A DNA stretch of 62,499 nucleotides, filler included, from Globobulimina sp. (GCA_003354225.1; 20 parts of 20 records of this genome joined end to end with filler, not necessarily neighbours in it); one strand, 5' to 3'; positions 35,265 to 47,158 are shown, counted from the first letter of the whole stretch. Translations and numbers: made by a program. The notes: generated from the letters alone by a model not told the origin.

Positions 35265-37469
35265 ATGTCAAATGGACAAATCCAAATTCCATTTCCTTAC
35301 ACAACACTGCCACCGACACATATTAAAGCACTTGCACAGCGAATCCGAGCAAAGTTGAATGTGACGACACATAAAAAAAAATTCACCACATATGAAAATT
35401 GCTTTGTCGGCAATAAATTAGTAACATGGTTAGTCGAATCAAAAGCCATTCCAACCCGTCGTGATGCGATCCAAATCTGCCACCGCCTATTCGAAGCACG
35501 CCTCATTGTCCACGTTAAAAATAACGAACTATTCGGCGATGATAAGGAATTATACCACTTAATAGACCCAGTGGCTGGCACTGATCTCACACCAGTTAAC
35601 TATCCATAAGCTCACCTCCACCACACACAATATCCGCAAATTCGCAATATTCAACACCTTAAAATAGAACAATGTCGATGTGCAAACAGCACGCTCCTAT
35701 ATTCAACACAAAAAATTGCCCAAACACGACAGTACTTACAAGCAATTGACCAAAGTCCTACTATCCAAAGGTTTGCAGTTACCCGAGATATCGAGAGCAA
35801 TTTGCTTGGAAAAGTATAAAGTAAAAGACACTGACAATTTCCCTAAAACGCAAATCAATAAAACCAAACCCAGAGCTAATATGGGCACCATTGCTCCGGC
35901 TCACATAGAAGAGAAAAATGAACAGCAAAATCTCCCGTTTCTGACCACAAGTTACTGACTACACTGCCTATGCTTATGTTGCATGTATATTCATTCAAAC
36001 GCATTTCTGAACAGATGAACTGTTGAAAGTACAGAAGAAAATCATAGGTATCTTAAAATATGCGTTTCTGGCCGCCGACCAGAGCCGCAGTAATGATTTG
36101 GATTTGCCAGAGTTTGAGTATTTATTGGACAGATTGGGCATCAAAGTCAGCCACAAAGGCGCGGAGTTGCTATTTCGCGCCATTTTGTCCCATCATAACA
36201 AGCGTTTTTTGGGCTTCTATGAGTTTAAAATGGCGTTTATGGTGGACGACCCCGTGCAGTTTATCCAGACGCAAAACGATCTGAACCCCGCACGGGTTTT
36301 ACGCAGACACATCCGCAAATATTACGAAACCGTGGCGGAGGCACACAAAGCAAACAGAAAGGTTTCTAAATCCGTCCCTATGCATAGCATATCGCACTTG
36401 AATAGCGGCAAAATGCATACATATACTTTAACAAACATTTTGCAGTATGTTCAAGTGTGATATGTACGTTGCAACACACAGAAATTGGCAGAGATTGCAT
36501 GGGGATTATTCAACCACGACAGAACCAAACATGCCACTATGAACCTGTCGGAATTCAAAGAAGGTATAAAATACTTAGGTTTGCACAAGTTGTCGCAGGC
36601 CGAGCTTGACTTTTTATTTCGTAGCATCAACAAATCCAAAACCGGCATGATGAAGAAAGAGGAATTTACGCATTGCGTGAAAAAAGACATACCAGTCTCT
36701 ATTGGCAAAGTAGTCAATGTCAAAGAGATATTATTTGACACTTTTGAGCGTATATTGACCGCCTATCAAGGCACAAAGACAGAATTTCCAGTACGACATC
36801 GAAACACATCCATCGTACAAAGGAATCCGAACAAAACCATCCCCTTAAAACTGCCCAAACCGCCTCCACGGATGGGACACGGCCACGCGCCGCGCACAGA
36901 TGTCCTCAACGTCATTGCCGAAGCTCCCCGCAAAAAGAAGTCCATTTTCCAGCGCATGCGCTATAAATCCATTTTCCAGCGCAAAAAAACCATCAAAGCT
37001 CCGGTGAAATCGCCGTTTGGTTCCAACTTGGCGGAGATGGCGGATACGGGCAACAGTATGATGAACGATATTATACTCAGTATGGTGACGGAGGACGACG
37101 GCACTGTGGATCGCAAAGATGACGATATCATCACAGCGGACGAATTTCGCCAATTGTTCAGCCATTCGTTTTACCCGCAATCTGTGCAGGAGCTGGCGCA
37201 GAATAAGAAAGCTGTGGATCGCAATCAGTTATCCATGATTTCCATGCTTGGTCATCACGCCTCGGTGGCCACGAAGACCAGCAACAGTATGACGGCTGCG
37301 GTGCATACGGGCACTGTGAGTGAGAAGACGGACGTTGCGAAACCTGGTCCTGATGCACTTTATGAGTCTGATTACAGTGAAATATTCCCGGACATTTTCC
37401 CCGCAGACCATGACCATATGACCAATTTGCAAATGCAATCACCGACGCTCAGTCCGGAGGTGGTGGACA
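35265..37469 (+). CDS. DEP domain + EF-hand protein (introns ~35595-35667, 35951-36014, ~36362-36481; 3'-truncated)
   Basis: DEP-like YENCFVGNKLVTWLV...RRDAIQICHRLFEARLIVHV. EF-hand-like DQSRSNDLDLPEF and NKSKTGMMKKEEF. Confidence 0.75.
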
Positions 37470-37687
37470 NNNNNNNNNNNNNNNNNNNNNNNNNNNNNNN
37501 NNNNNNNNNNNNNTTAATTAATTAANNNNNNNNNNNNNNNNNNNNNNNNNNNNNNNNNNNNNNNNNNNNTTATCGCACATTGTTACTTACAGAGTGAAGC
37601 AGTCAAATGTTAGTGAAAATAGAAAATTTAAATGTTGATTCATTAAATGAACTAAAAGCAAAAACTCTGTATCTGTAGTTTCTGCGA

Positions 37688-39271
37688 ATGGAAACAACAC
37701 CAACAACAACTTGGAACAGAACTATTTTATTCGTTGTTATTTTGTTATGGATTATAGCACTTAATTCCATGGTTGTAATCTATTTCAAAGACAATGTTCT
37801 GTCAGTTTTGCAATTCACTGAATTTGATTCCCTGGCATTAAGGATGCATTCTAATGAAAATCATACCATAGATGATAAGTCAATGAATAAATATCCATTT
37901 TTATTGGAATCAATGGTAAACCAATTAAGTGGCAAAACAGTAACATGCAATCCAATGAAATATAAATATTTTCAAACATTGCTGAATGCATTGCATACAT
38001 ATTTTGATATATTAAACAAAACCAGAACGAAAACCACAACAAATGATATTGATAATGATTTTGATAAATGGTGCCATAAACAAGGATTGCTGTTTCATCG
38101 CATACAAAGAATACAAATAATTGATGAGAAAATATTTATTTCAAACAACCAATATTATAAATATGGCCTTGATGCAGAAGCATACACAACATCAATTTTA
38201 TTATACTTGAAATCATTAATGAATAAATACTCGAAATCTATTGACAACACTGACTTTATGTGGTATTATCACGATGTTAAAATCAGATGGAAATATTTTA
38301 AGCCACATAAATGGCAAAATAATGGCACAATTCCTTATTTCTTTACTGATGCAGACGTGGTATGGCGAGATAGCAATGAAATATCAAACATCTTATTCGG
38401 TGTTTCCAGAAACTATATGAAATATAGAAACTTTGGAGATACAGCTTACAATGATTGGAAAATACATAAAAATGAAATATTAAAATGGGCAAAAAATGGG
38501 AAAAAAAGGAATATTCAAAATTCTGTGTTAGGCAATCCAAATTATGTTCGAATTAAAGACTACTTTGGTTACAAACAAACTATTGAAAACACGGAGAATT
38601 TAAAGTTTTTCAATTGGACAAACAAACCGTTTAATAAAGCATTATTTGTTGGCGGTGCTGCAGGGAAAAGCAGACCGAAATTCTTTGAGATTATGTTGAA
38701 TGACTCGTATATTTATAATTTAACTAAAAATTATTTCGATGTGGTACATAGTGTGAAGGGGTTTAATATTTCACAACAACTGAAATATAAATATATGATT
38801 GTATTGGATGGTAACAGTGTGAGAGATGGCTTTTTTTATCAACTGGGATTTGGTGCAGTTATGTTGAAACAATTGACATCAGTTTCTGAGTTTTGGTTAT
38901 TTGATTTGGTGAATAATAAACATGTGATATATTTTGAAAATATTTTGCATTTAATATCTATTGTTACTAATATGGTGGATCAGGTGAATGGATATTATGT
39001 CAATACGCAAATAAATAGTGATAAAAGTAAGGAACAGTTTGATTATTTTCGGAGGAATGACATTATTCAAATGTCTGATTATAATCCGGAAAAACTGCGA
39101 CAGATTGCAAGGAATGCCAGGATATTTATGGATGAATATTTGAATGAAGACAGCGTTGATTGTTTTATGATTAATATGCTTCGGCTGTACAATCATTATT
39201 TATTTGATATTCATTCTGTAAGTAAATCATCAGTTGGGTGTGCTATGACAGAATTGAATCTTAATGATTAA
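37688..39271 (+). CDS. Glycosyltransferase family 90 (CAP10/KDELC-like), type II membrane
   Basis: N-terminal anchor, FNWTNKPFNKALFVG, QQLKYKYMIVLDGNS, EFWLFDLVNNKHVI and QIARNARIF. Confidence 0.8.
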   Translation: METTPTTTWNRTILFVVILLWIIALNSMVVIYFKDNVLSVLQFTEFDSLALRMHSNENHTIDDKSMNKYPFLLESMVNQLSGKTVTCNPMKYKYFQTLLNALHTYFDILNKTRTKTTTNDIDNDFDKWCHKQGLLFHRIQRIQIIDEKIFISNNQYYKYGLDAEAYTTSILLYLKSLMNKYSKSIDNTDFMWYYHDVKIRWKYFKPHKWQNNGTIPYFFTDADVVWRDSNEISNILFGVSRNYMKYRNFGDTAYNDWKIHKNEILKWAKNGKKRNIQNSVLGNPNYVRIKDYFGYKQTIENTENLKFFNWTNKPFNKALFVGGAAGKSRPKFFEIMLNDSYIYNLTKNYFDVVHSVKGFNISQQLKYKYMIVLDGNSVRDGFFYQLGFGAVMLKQLTSVSEFWLFDLVNNKHVIYFENILHLISIVTNMVDQVNGYYVNTQINSDKSKEQFDYFRRNDIIQMSDYNPEKLRQIARNARIFMDEYLNEDSVDCFMINMLRLYNHYLFDIHSVSKSSVGCAMTELNLND

Positions 39272-39375
39272 ACTTTTTTTTATAATTTTTATAATAGCAT
39301 TTTGCAAGGAAAAAAAACGTAAAACCCAAACAAGAAAGCATATAAAAGTAATAAAAGCATTAAATAAATGTCGAA

Positions 39376-40598
39376 TCATAAAACGATATGTGTTTTATTA
39401 TCAAGTAACCACGAATTAATCCAAGATGGTAAATGTTTAACGTTTTGAGAAATATAACGCAAAATGATACCCCCAGAAATCAATTTATTTATCCGAACCA
39501 TATCATATCTTTTATGAAATACTTTGTATAATATATCCGAACAACTACTTATATTTATTTTATTTGTATTTGCCGTAGAAACTAAAAATCTCATCTCCAT
39601 TAAATGTCGATAGCATTGAAAATATTGTAATTTACGCGGTTCAAAAAGCATCGAATCTTGTTTTTTTACCGTAGTTAATGTCCGATATACAATCTCAAAA
39701 TTAAATTTCTCGTTTTCTGTGATATCAAGTTTCGAGGCAACGATTAAAAGTATCAATTCATTGACATTCAAATCATTTATCATTCTTAAAAAAGGGTCCT
39801 CAAATAAGTCTGCCTCGATCTCAGCAATAATTGATCTGACTATCGAATTATTTAATTCTTTTAAAAAATATTTTTTATCGAATATTATGCTTGAAAGTAA
39901 TCCACAAACAATCATAAGTTTACATGGTGAATAACCATATCCATGTAACTTTTTTATACAATCTTCAAACATTTTTCTTTCTAATATTTGCTCCGCAATC
40001 CAATAATTATATTTCTTGATTAGTTTCTTAATATGTTTCTGTTGACTTTGATTATTTTTTTGAACATATTTCTTATAATCAGCAATAATAAATGCATTAT
40101 ACACAATTTTATAATATAATTTGAATGATTTCTCAGATAGAAATTCCTTTTGCGGCACAAATATTTTTTTATGAACAAATCGTGATCGAATACGTTTCTC
40201 CAATAATCCGTGGACGGATTTTGTTTTTGTAATTCCGATGACATTTAATAGCGATGACTCTGCCTGATTTAGGTCAAATAAATTGTATAATAAGGTTTGT
40301 TTACGTCGTTTTGCAAATAATTCAAAATTATCCAGTACGATATAGATTGGTTTTTTATTTCGATTACGTTTATCATAATTGTCCATTGTTATTTTTTTTA
40401 ATTCATGCACTAAAAATTCTAAATTGTCCACAAAACGGCATTTCTTTAATTTGCCAGATTTCATATCAATATCTTCATCGCTCTCACTCTCATTGTCATC
40501 GCCAGCATGCAAACTGAAATCAAATTTTTTGCCATTTTGTAATGCTAATTGGGAGACAACTTCGTATAATGCGTCAATATACGTATTTTGTAAACATC
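39376..40598 (-). CDS. ORC4: Origin recognition complex subunit 4, C-terminal part
   Basis: PIYIVLDNFELFAKRRKQTLLYNLFD, LLEKRIRSRF, and a winged-helix-like LNVNELILLI...FNFEIVY. Confidence 0.9.
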
Positions 40599-40909
40599 NN
40601 NNNNNNNNNNNNNNNNNNNNNNNNNNNNNNNNNNNNNNNNNNTTAATTAATTAANNNNNNNNNNNNNNNNNNNNNNNNNNNNNNNNNNNNNNNNNNNNAG
40701 AGTAAGTATATAGCTAGTAAGTAGAAAATGCAGGATCATGCAGGATCACAAACGAAAAAAAAAAAAATTTCTGATAAACTGTTTGGTCATATTAGATCAC
40801 AAAAAAAATCTTCGCTCAATATCATCATTATTGATGGAGATAAAAATAAATCATTGTTATTACCAAAAAGTAACATTTTCGTGAACATGATATTGGGATA
40901 TTCAACTCA

Positions 40910-42088
40910 ATGTGTCATTCATATCAAGAGGCAAAGACAAAATTTATCAAAGCTGCAGCATCCATTAAAACTGCAAAATTGCATGAAATTGATATCGGAA
41001 ATACAGATGACACATTATCCATTAATTTATGTTACATTCCAGCATCCAATCAAAACAACAAACATTTATTATTTCACATAAGCGGAACTCACGGCGTTGA
41101 AGGATTTGCGGGCAGTGCCGTACAAATTGATTTGCTTAAAAATTATTTAATTAATAACACAAATGAAAATCCACATATTTTATTTGTCCATTCGTTGAAT
41201 CCATTTGGTATGAAATATAATCGACGAAATAATGAACAAAATATTGATTTAAATCGAAATTGTATGCTATTACAATCTGAATGGGATCAAGTATTAAATC
41301 TGGATGATAATGAATTTGGATATAAGGATTGCGACACCTTTTTTAATCCGCAAAGAAAACCAAAATGGTATGATGATTATTTAGGACATTTGCAGTTTCT
41401 ACCATTTTTTGTTATGAATGGATTCCATAAATCAATCAAAAAAATGTCTCGTATTTGTGCTTCAGCACAATATTATAAACAAAATGGTTTATATTTTGGT
41501 GGGAAACAGCTATGCATTGAACATCGAAAATTGATATCGTTTCTAAAAAATGAATGTAAAAACATTTTTCATATTGATTTGTTGGCTGAAATGGAACAAT
41601 TAACGTTGTTGGACATTCATACTGGATATCCGAACAAAGGGAAAGATACAATTTTATGTAAAGAGGAAGCTATGTATGAAAAAATAAAATTATTATATCC
41701 GCAGTATGCAAAAGATAATAAAAGGATATTATGCTTATCATCAAAACAAGGTTTATTTCCTTATGTGTTTAAGTTTGCAAAAGGATTTATTTCGGAATAT
41801 AACGGCTATCCATCGTTGTTTGAGAATGTAAATAAAGAGAATTTGATATCATTAGCGCAGGAATTTGATACATATAATAGTGCGGCTGCAACAATGAAGG
41901 GATTAAGACATGAAAATATGGCATATCAATATTGTAATCCCATGGATGATGAAGATAATAAAATATTGTTCAAACGAGGGATGGAATGTAGACAAGTTTA
42001 TTACAGAGAATATGATCCTTATTGGAAACATAAAACATTACAATATGGCAGATATACCTTTGTAAATGCGGTAAAGCAAACATTGTGA
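40910..42088 (+). CDS. DUF2817 / M14 zinc carboxypeptidase-like hydrolase
   Basis: SYQEAKTKF, ISGTHGVEGFAGSAVQ, LNPFGM...RRNNEQNIDLNRN and DIHTG. Confidence 0.85.
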   Translation: MCHSYQEAKTKFIKAAASIKTAKLHEIDIGNTDDTLSINLCYIPASNQNNKHLLFHISGTHGVEGFAGSAVQIDLLKNYLINNTNENPHILFVHSLNPFGMKYNRRNNEQNIDLNRNCMLLQSEWDQVLNLDDNEFGYKDCDTFFNPQRKPKWYDDYLGHLQFLPFFVMNGFHKSIKKMSRICASAQYYKQNGLYFGGKQLCIEHRKLISFLKNECKNIFHIDLLAEMEQLTLLDIHTGYPNKGKDTILCKEEAMYEKIKLLYPQYAKDNKRILCLSSKQGLFPYVFKFAKGFISEYNGYPSLFENVNKENLISLAQEFDTYNSAAATMKGLRHENMAYQYCNPMDDEDNKILFKRGMECRQVYYREYDPYWKHKTLQYGRYTFVNAVKQTL

Positions 42089-42256
42089 CGATATATTTAA
42101 ATTATTATAACTTTTAGCCTTTGCCTCACTAGAATTTTTTTTTCATTTTTGTCGTGTTCATTTTGGAGCAAATCGTATAAAATGTACAATATCAAAATCC
42201 AAAAACAGTCAATATAATGGACGAATGACAGAAAACAAGTACAAGTAAGGTTATTT

Positions 42257-43282
42257 TTAGAGGGAAGTATTTTCATCGGTCTCCAATATTTGATATTTTT
42301 CATTGTCGGTTTGGGAGCCACTATCATCATAGAAATGATATAATATATAACTTCTTAAAATGCAGGAACAAAATGATGCCAATATTGAAACCATACTGAA
42401 TGCCATTGACATAATAACAATGTCTTGGTTTGTGTTAAGAGGATTATTTAATAATACATAAATTTGTATAACTAATTGTGGAATGGACTCAAATACAATA
42501 GAAATAGTAACAGAGACAATTCGTAGCAATCCGGTGTGTTTAATATCCAATTTTAATGAAAACACATCCAAATTTAAGAAATGCGATTGAAAAATGCGAA
42601 ATATGTCAACATTTGAACCGACAATAACACTCAATACAAAAACATAATAAATATGTTTATTGAACCATTCTTTCAAATATTCATTCAATTGAATCCATTT
42701 CAACGACAAACATAAAACATAAATCGCAGACAAAACAGCTGGGACAACAATAGTTAATGTTGTAATTATCAACAAATACTTTTCATGCGAAAAATTAGAA
42801 TTAATATAAACGCATAAAAATAAATCCGATATGACATCCAAAATATGATAAGACGGAATTAAAATATTTTTATAATGAAAAACATAATCATTTTTATATT
42901 TGCTATGACAGCGGCCAATGACCACAATTATTAACACAAAAACGATGAATATGGCCATAAACAAATACATATATTTGGCATGAGACACATTCCGCTCATT
43001 CAAATATCCATATCCTTCGATGGGAGCAAATGTTGGCGAAAAGGTAGGATGCAAAGTAGGCGCATTGGTCGGTGGTTTTGTTGACGCAGTGGAAGGAGAG
43101 AGTGTTGGTGCATTTGTAGGAGGTTGTACAGGCGCATTTGTTGGTGAAAGGGTGGGTGTTAATGTTGGACTGTTTGTTGGCGTAACTGGATACATGGTAG
43201 GATATTCTGTGGGTGCAGGTGTTGGAGAGTGTGAAGGTAATGGAGTAGGCGATAGTGTTGGTGAGAATGTTGAATATTCCAT
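42257..43282 (-). CDS. Pro/Thr mucin-like stalk + multi-pass membrane protein (upstream exons likely)
   Basis: (PTxxPT)n repeats followed by about seven TMs with LDVISDLF and [10 protein letters not shown] (XK-related-like motifs). Confidence 0.75.
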   Translation of the reverse strand: MEYSTFSPTLSPTPLPSHSPTPAPTEYPTMYPVTPTNSPTLTPTLSPTNAPVQPPTNAPTLSPSTASTKPPTNAPTLHPTFSPTFAPIEGYGYLNERNVSHAKYMYLFMAIFIVFVLIIVVIGRCHSKYKNDYVFHYKNILIPSYHILDVISDLFLCVYINSNFSHEKYLLIITTLTIVVPAVLSAIYVLCLSLKWIQLNEYLKEWFNKHIYYVFVLSVIVGSNVDIFRIFQSHFLNLDVFSLKLDIKHTGLLRIVSVTISIVFESIPQLVIQIYVLLNNPLNTNQDIVIMSMAFSMVSILASFCSCILRSYILYHFYDDSGSQTDNEKYQILETDENTSL

Positions 43283-43964
43283 TCGGAAATTATCTATCCA
43301 ACAACAGCTGCAATATGAATCACCTGATTCTTAGAATTAGAAGCGTTTTCGCAATCTCGTGGGAAATAATATTGTTGGTTTAGTGCATCTTGCCAATCAG
43401 TCCATGTTCTAATTGTAGTATATTGGCCATTGTCTACCATATATGAAAATGCACAGTAACATTGGAAGGAATGCATTTAAGTCAGAGGTTGAGAAGTTGA
43501 GAGGTTCGGAAGTTTCTGCGTTAAGAGGTTGGGATGTTCAGAAGTTGGTGGATAAAAGTATCGTAGAATTGGATTATTGTTTCATTAATAATTCAACTTC
43601 TGAACCTCTCAACGCCTAAACTTTTTAGCTATTTTTCATTGTGGTGTTCGGACTTCGACTTTTGTCATTTGTGCAATAATTTGATTGATATCAGGTGGTG
43701 GACATATTTCGCCTTCAATGAAAGATANNNNNNNNNNNNNNNNNNNNNNNNNNNNNNNNNNNNNNNNNNNNTTAATTAATTAANNNNNNNNNNNNNNNNN
43801 NNNNNNNNNNNNNNNNNNNNNNNNNNNCAGTATACACAAACCAAGTTCTATACTCAACAATCAGAAAGGATTTGAACCAGCGCCATCACCTGCTTCCGCG
43901 TCACTCATTAGCATAATTGATGGATTACAATTCGACACAAAGACGCTTTGTACATGGCGTCAGA

Positions 43965-44130
43965 ATACAAAACTTCTATTTACAGCATACACCAAACTGC
44001 TATACATAAAACACCAAACTGCTATACAGTATACCTAAAACACCAAACTTCTATTTACAACATACACTAAACATTACCAAACTTCACACAAAACACCAAA
44101 CTTCACACAAAACACCAAACTTCTATATAC
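43965..44130 (+). repeat. Degenerate ACACCAAACT tandem repeats just 3' of the ATPase gene
   Basis: About six copies of (ac)accaaact(g/t)c at ~43989, 44011, 44040, 44076, 44093 and 44112. Confidence 0.8.
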
Positions 44131-44150
44131 AGTTATTGTCAACAAATCAG

Positions 44151-45288
44151 TTATTGCCGCTTTCTGGTAGAACCTTTAGTTGATTTCTTGGGTTTAGATC
44201 TTTTACGCGCTGTCCATGGGATCCATTTTACTTTAGGCGGCAAAGAGGCCTCCTTGTCTTCCTGTATTACTTCCTTTGAAACTTCTGGTTCTGGTATAAT
44301 GTTTGGATTGGATTCATTTAGAATATCTGTGCGAATTCGCATGTGCTCTGGTGTCGAAGTGCACAAGTCGACCAGAACATATCCATAACGTTTTCTTGCT
44401 TCCCTTTCATAAGCTGATACCAGTGCTCTTTGTTTTCCCACTTGTGATCCCAAAGTGGCAACTTGTTTGGCCATTCGAGGGGATTTAAGCAGAAAGAAAT
44501 ACCCAGTATTGGCCGATATGATTCTGCTGCTGGGCCAAGGTCCAAAGATAAAGTGCAGCAACAAGATAATACTGCAATTTTTGTGGCGCGCTATGGTGAA
44601 AACGTGCGCCATTTCTTTGCTGCTAGCACTTGAGATGGAGTTGTCATCGATGATTATCAAGGTTTGTCCACCATGTGGGTCAGCCAGAGCTTCTAAATCT
44701 CCTTCTGTGACTACCTCTCCTTTGATAAACTCGCATTTTATACCCTCACTTTGTAACTTTATCTTCAATTTGGTGTAATTGTCTTGGAAACCTAAAGTAA
44801 AACCATAATAAACATTGCATCAAACAATGAAACACTTACAGCTATAGAAGAAAAAGATGCGTTTTGGTACCGGATTGTATATTTTGCTGGCATTTTCAAG
44901 TGTTTTCATCAACAGTGTTGTTTTACCCTAAAACATATTGGGTTAATAACTGCAGTAAAAATAATAAACGAAAACGTACACTTTGACTTGCCCCAGCATA
45001 GATGAAGTTGTGTGGAAGTTGAAGTCGTTTATCAAATGCACCCATTGGGTACTCTGCCGCGTTTTCATCAGTGTTCAATTGAGTAAGTGGTAGCGCAACT
45101 TGAACATTTGGCATTTCTGAATGATACTTGTCTAAATGTCTCTTCAGATTGTCCTTTCTATTGCAAGTGTAGTTGCAACAATGACATGAATATGCAGCTT
45201 CTATTTCATGTGTAAGTAAATGTCGATTAAAATTACTGACATATTCGCACATGGTTCCACAAATATTGCAACCATAAACGGGAGCCAT
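44151..45288 (-). CDS. C2H2 zinc-finger-fused A32/Polinton-type packaging ATPase, 3 exons (45288-44980, 44927-44840, 44791-44151), 345 aa
   Basis: Two C2H2 fingers (CNIC...HLLTH; CHCC...HLDKYH). Walker A AGASQS/GKTT is split by a 52-nt GT-AG intron, and a second intron is 48 nt. Walker B LIIIDD, then ARHKNCSIILL, RIISANTGYFFLLKSPR and YGYVLVDL...RIRTDI, typical of Polinton/adintovirus ATPases. Confidence 0.88.
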
Positions 45289-45370
45289 AATTAGAACCGA
45301 CCGTACAGTACAAGTTTTTTAGTGAACAATGACAAAACATTAGTGATGTTCTCTTATATAAGCAGCTGCG

Positions 45371-45767
45371 ATCCTCATATATGAGGATCGGAGCCTTATA
45401 ATCCTCAAATATGAGGGTCGAGATGTATGTAATACTCATATATGAGGATCGGCTCCTTATAATCCTCAAATATGAGGCTCGAAACATATGTAATCCTCAT
45501 ATTTGAGGATCGGCACATGTATAATCCTCATATATGAGGATAGATGCATCTGTAATCCTCATATATGAGGATCGAAGTGTCAGTAATACTCATGTATGAG
45601 GATCGACATATGTAATCCTCATATATGAGGATCGAAGCATCAATAATCCTCATATATGAGGGTAGAAACACTGTACAATACTCATATATGAGGATTAAAA
45701 CCTTTATAATCCTCATATATGAGGATGAGAGATGGATTAATGCCTGAGAATCCTCATATGTGATGAT
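45371..45767. repeat. Array of 12 (+1 degenerate) 18-bp palindromes ATCCTCATATATGAGGAT, 29-32-bp period, variable spacers
   Basis: Units start at about 45371, 45401, 45432, 45462, 45493, 45524, 45555, 45586, 45615, 45646, 45678 and 45709, with a degenerate unit at 45750. Spacers are 11-14 bp and differ from each other. Confidence 0.95.
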
Positions 45768-46620
45768 TTATTCACTAAAACAACGAATTTTGTCAATTTT
45801 TGTCAACGAAAAATCTAAAAACGTCGTTTATTTATCACATATTTGCAAAATATGCTTGAAATTGTAGAACATTGGCTTAAAATTGAAGCGTTTGCAGAAA
45901 ATATTGAAGAAGTTATGGAGAAAGTTACAATTTTGTTCTAAATGTGTCATATTTCATGAAACTTTATTGTTTTTTGTCACAATTTGCATAATAAATGTAA
46001 ACTTCTGCGAAATTTGTGGTTTTATTGTACATTTCTGCCTGAAATGTGAGTGAAAATGTTAAATTGTGCAAAAATTTGCATTTTCAGATGGTTTTTACAA
46101 GAAAACTACAATTTTAAGACAACAATTTTGTAAAATACCCTTGTTTTTGAGTAGAAAGGAGAATATTTTGTCAAAAATAAACAAATTGGTGAAGATTTCT
46201 TTATTTTTCGGGCAGTTCTACAATAAAACCAAACTTTTGCTGCACTTTTACATACCATTATTAATATTTTCTCGTGAAATATCAAATATTTGCAAAGATT
46301 TAACAGAATTTAGTAAAATCTTAACGTTTGGATGCCAAGTTGATGCATTTTGGTCTGTTTATCAGATGTATATGTCTGTTTTACTGATTTTACTGCGGAA
46401 GTGCTAGCTAAAGATTATCCTTTTGCAGTAATATCTACTTCGGATTGTTTCTTTTCATTGTTTTATAAGAAAATGTTATTGTTTTGTACTTAATTATGTG
46501 AAATTTTGACTGAAATGAACAATTTTTAAAAGTAAAACTTATCATAGAGGCGAAAATTGAACAGTTTTTTCGCAAGTCATTCAACAAATACAAAACCTGT
46601 GGTGCGGTTGTGTTGTAGAA

Positions 46621-46856
46621 ATGTTGTTTAACATAAGCAATAAGTTCTCTGACAGTGAAGACAGACATTCAAATGCGAATCACTTTGTAAACCGCCTTCC
46701 TTTTGTCATTGCGATCAACAATTCGAAAGATTTCGTCCGTTTGGAAGGCATTTCTATCACTCCATGGCCTGATAATCCTCTGATAATCTGCTGCAATCTC
46801 TGCGGCCAACAGCCATTGGAAAAAAGTTTCGCGAAAGTGTTGTCATTGACATATGG
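46621..46856 (+). CDS. Putative Polinton-like minor capsid (penton) protein N-terminus, truncated
   Basis: SNANHFVNRLPFVI...VRLEGISI and LIICCNLCGQQPL...KVLS resemble the N..S.F...LP..L...V.L..I and IYCD.V..Q motifs of Polinton minor capsids. Same contig as the packaging ATPase. Confidence 0.5.
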
Positions 46857-47158
46857 NNNNNNNNNNNNNNNNNNNNNNNNNNNNNNNNNNNNNNNNNNNN
46901 TTAATTAATTAANNNNNNNNNNNNNNNNNNNNNNNNNNNNNNNNNNNNNNNNNNNNGTGCCCATTGATATGCAAAGAGTGTTGAAACGGAGACCCAGACA
47001 TTTCAAACCTGGACAGTTGTTTTAGAAATAATGAAAAGAGACAACAGTTGTCGCGCTTCATGATAGTAAATATAGTTTCTAAACCTAAGTGTCAGTATAT
47101 ACCTAATCAAAATGGTTAGGTTAGGCTGCATCTCAATAAATGACGGATTAAAAACAGC

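Noticed and set aside
40910-42088. Bacterial contamination or recent HGT for intronless DUF2817 (also TrmO, lactonase, YrhK-like genes)
   Set aside because: Composition matches the eukaryotic neighbours on the same contigs, there is no operon or RBS signal, and these families also occur in eukaryotes. A phylogeny would be needed to claim transfer.
45371-45767. CRISPR array (palindromic repeats with variable spacers)
   Set aside because: Repeats are only 18 bp and spacers 11-14 bp, with shared cg...ta ends. There are no cas genes and the context is eukaryotic/viral with introns.
45233-46668. ORFs 45233-45487, 45528-45716, 46066-46407 and 46435-46668
   Set aside because: They are translations of the palindrome array or of A/T-tract non-coding DNA, with no protein-like features.
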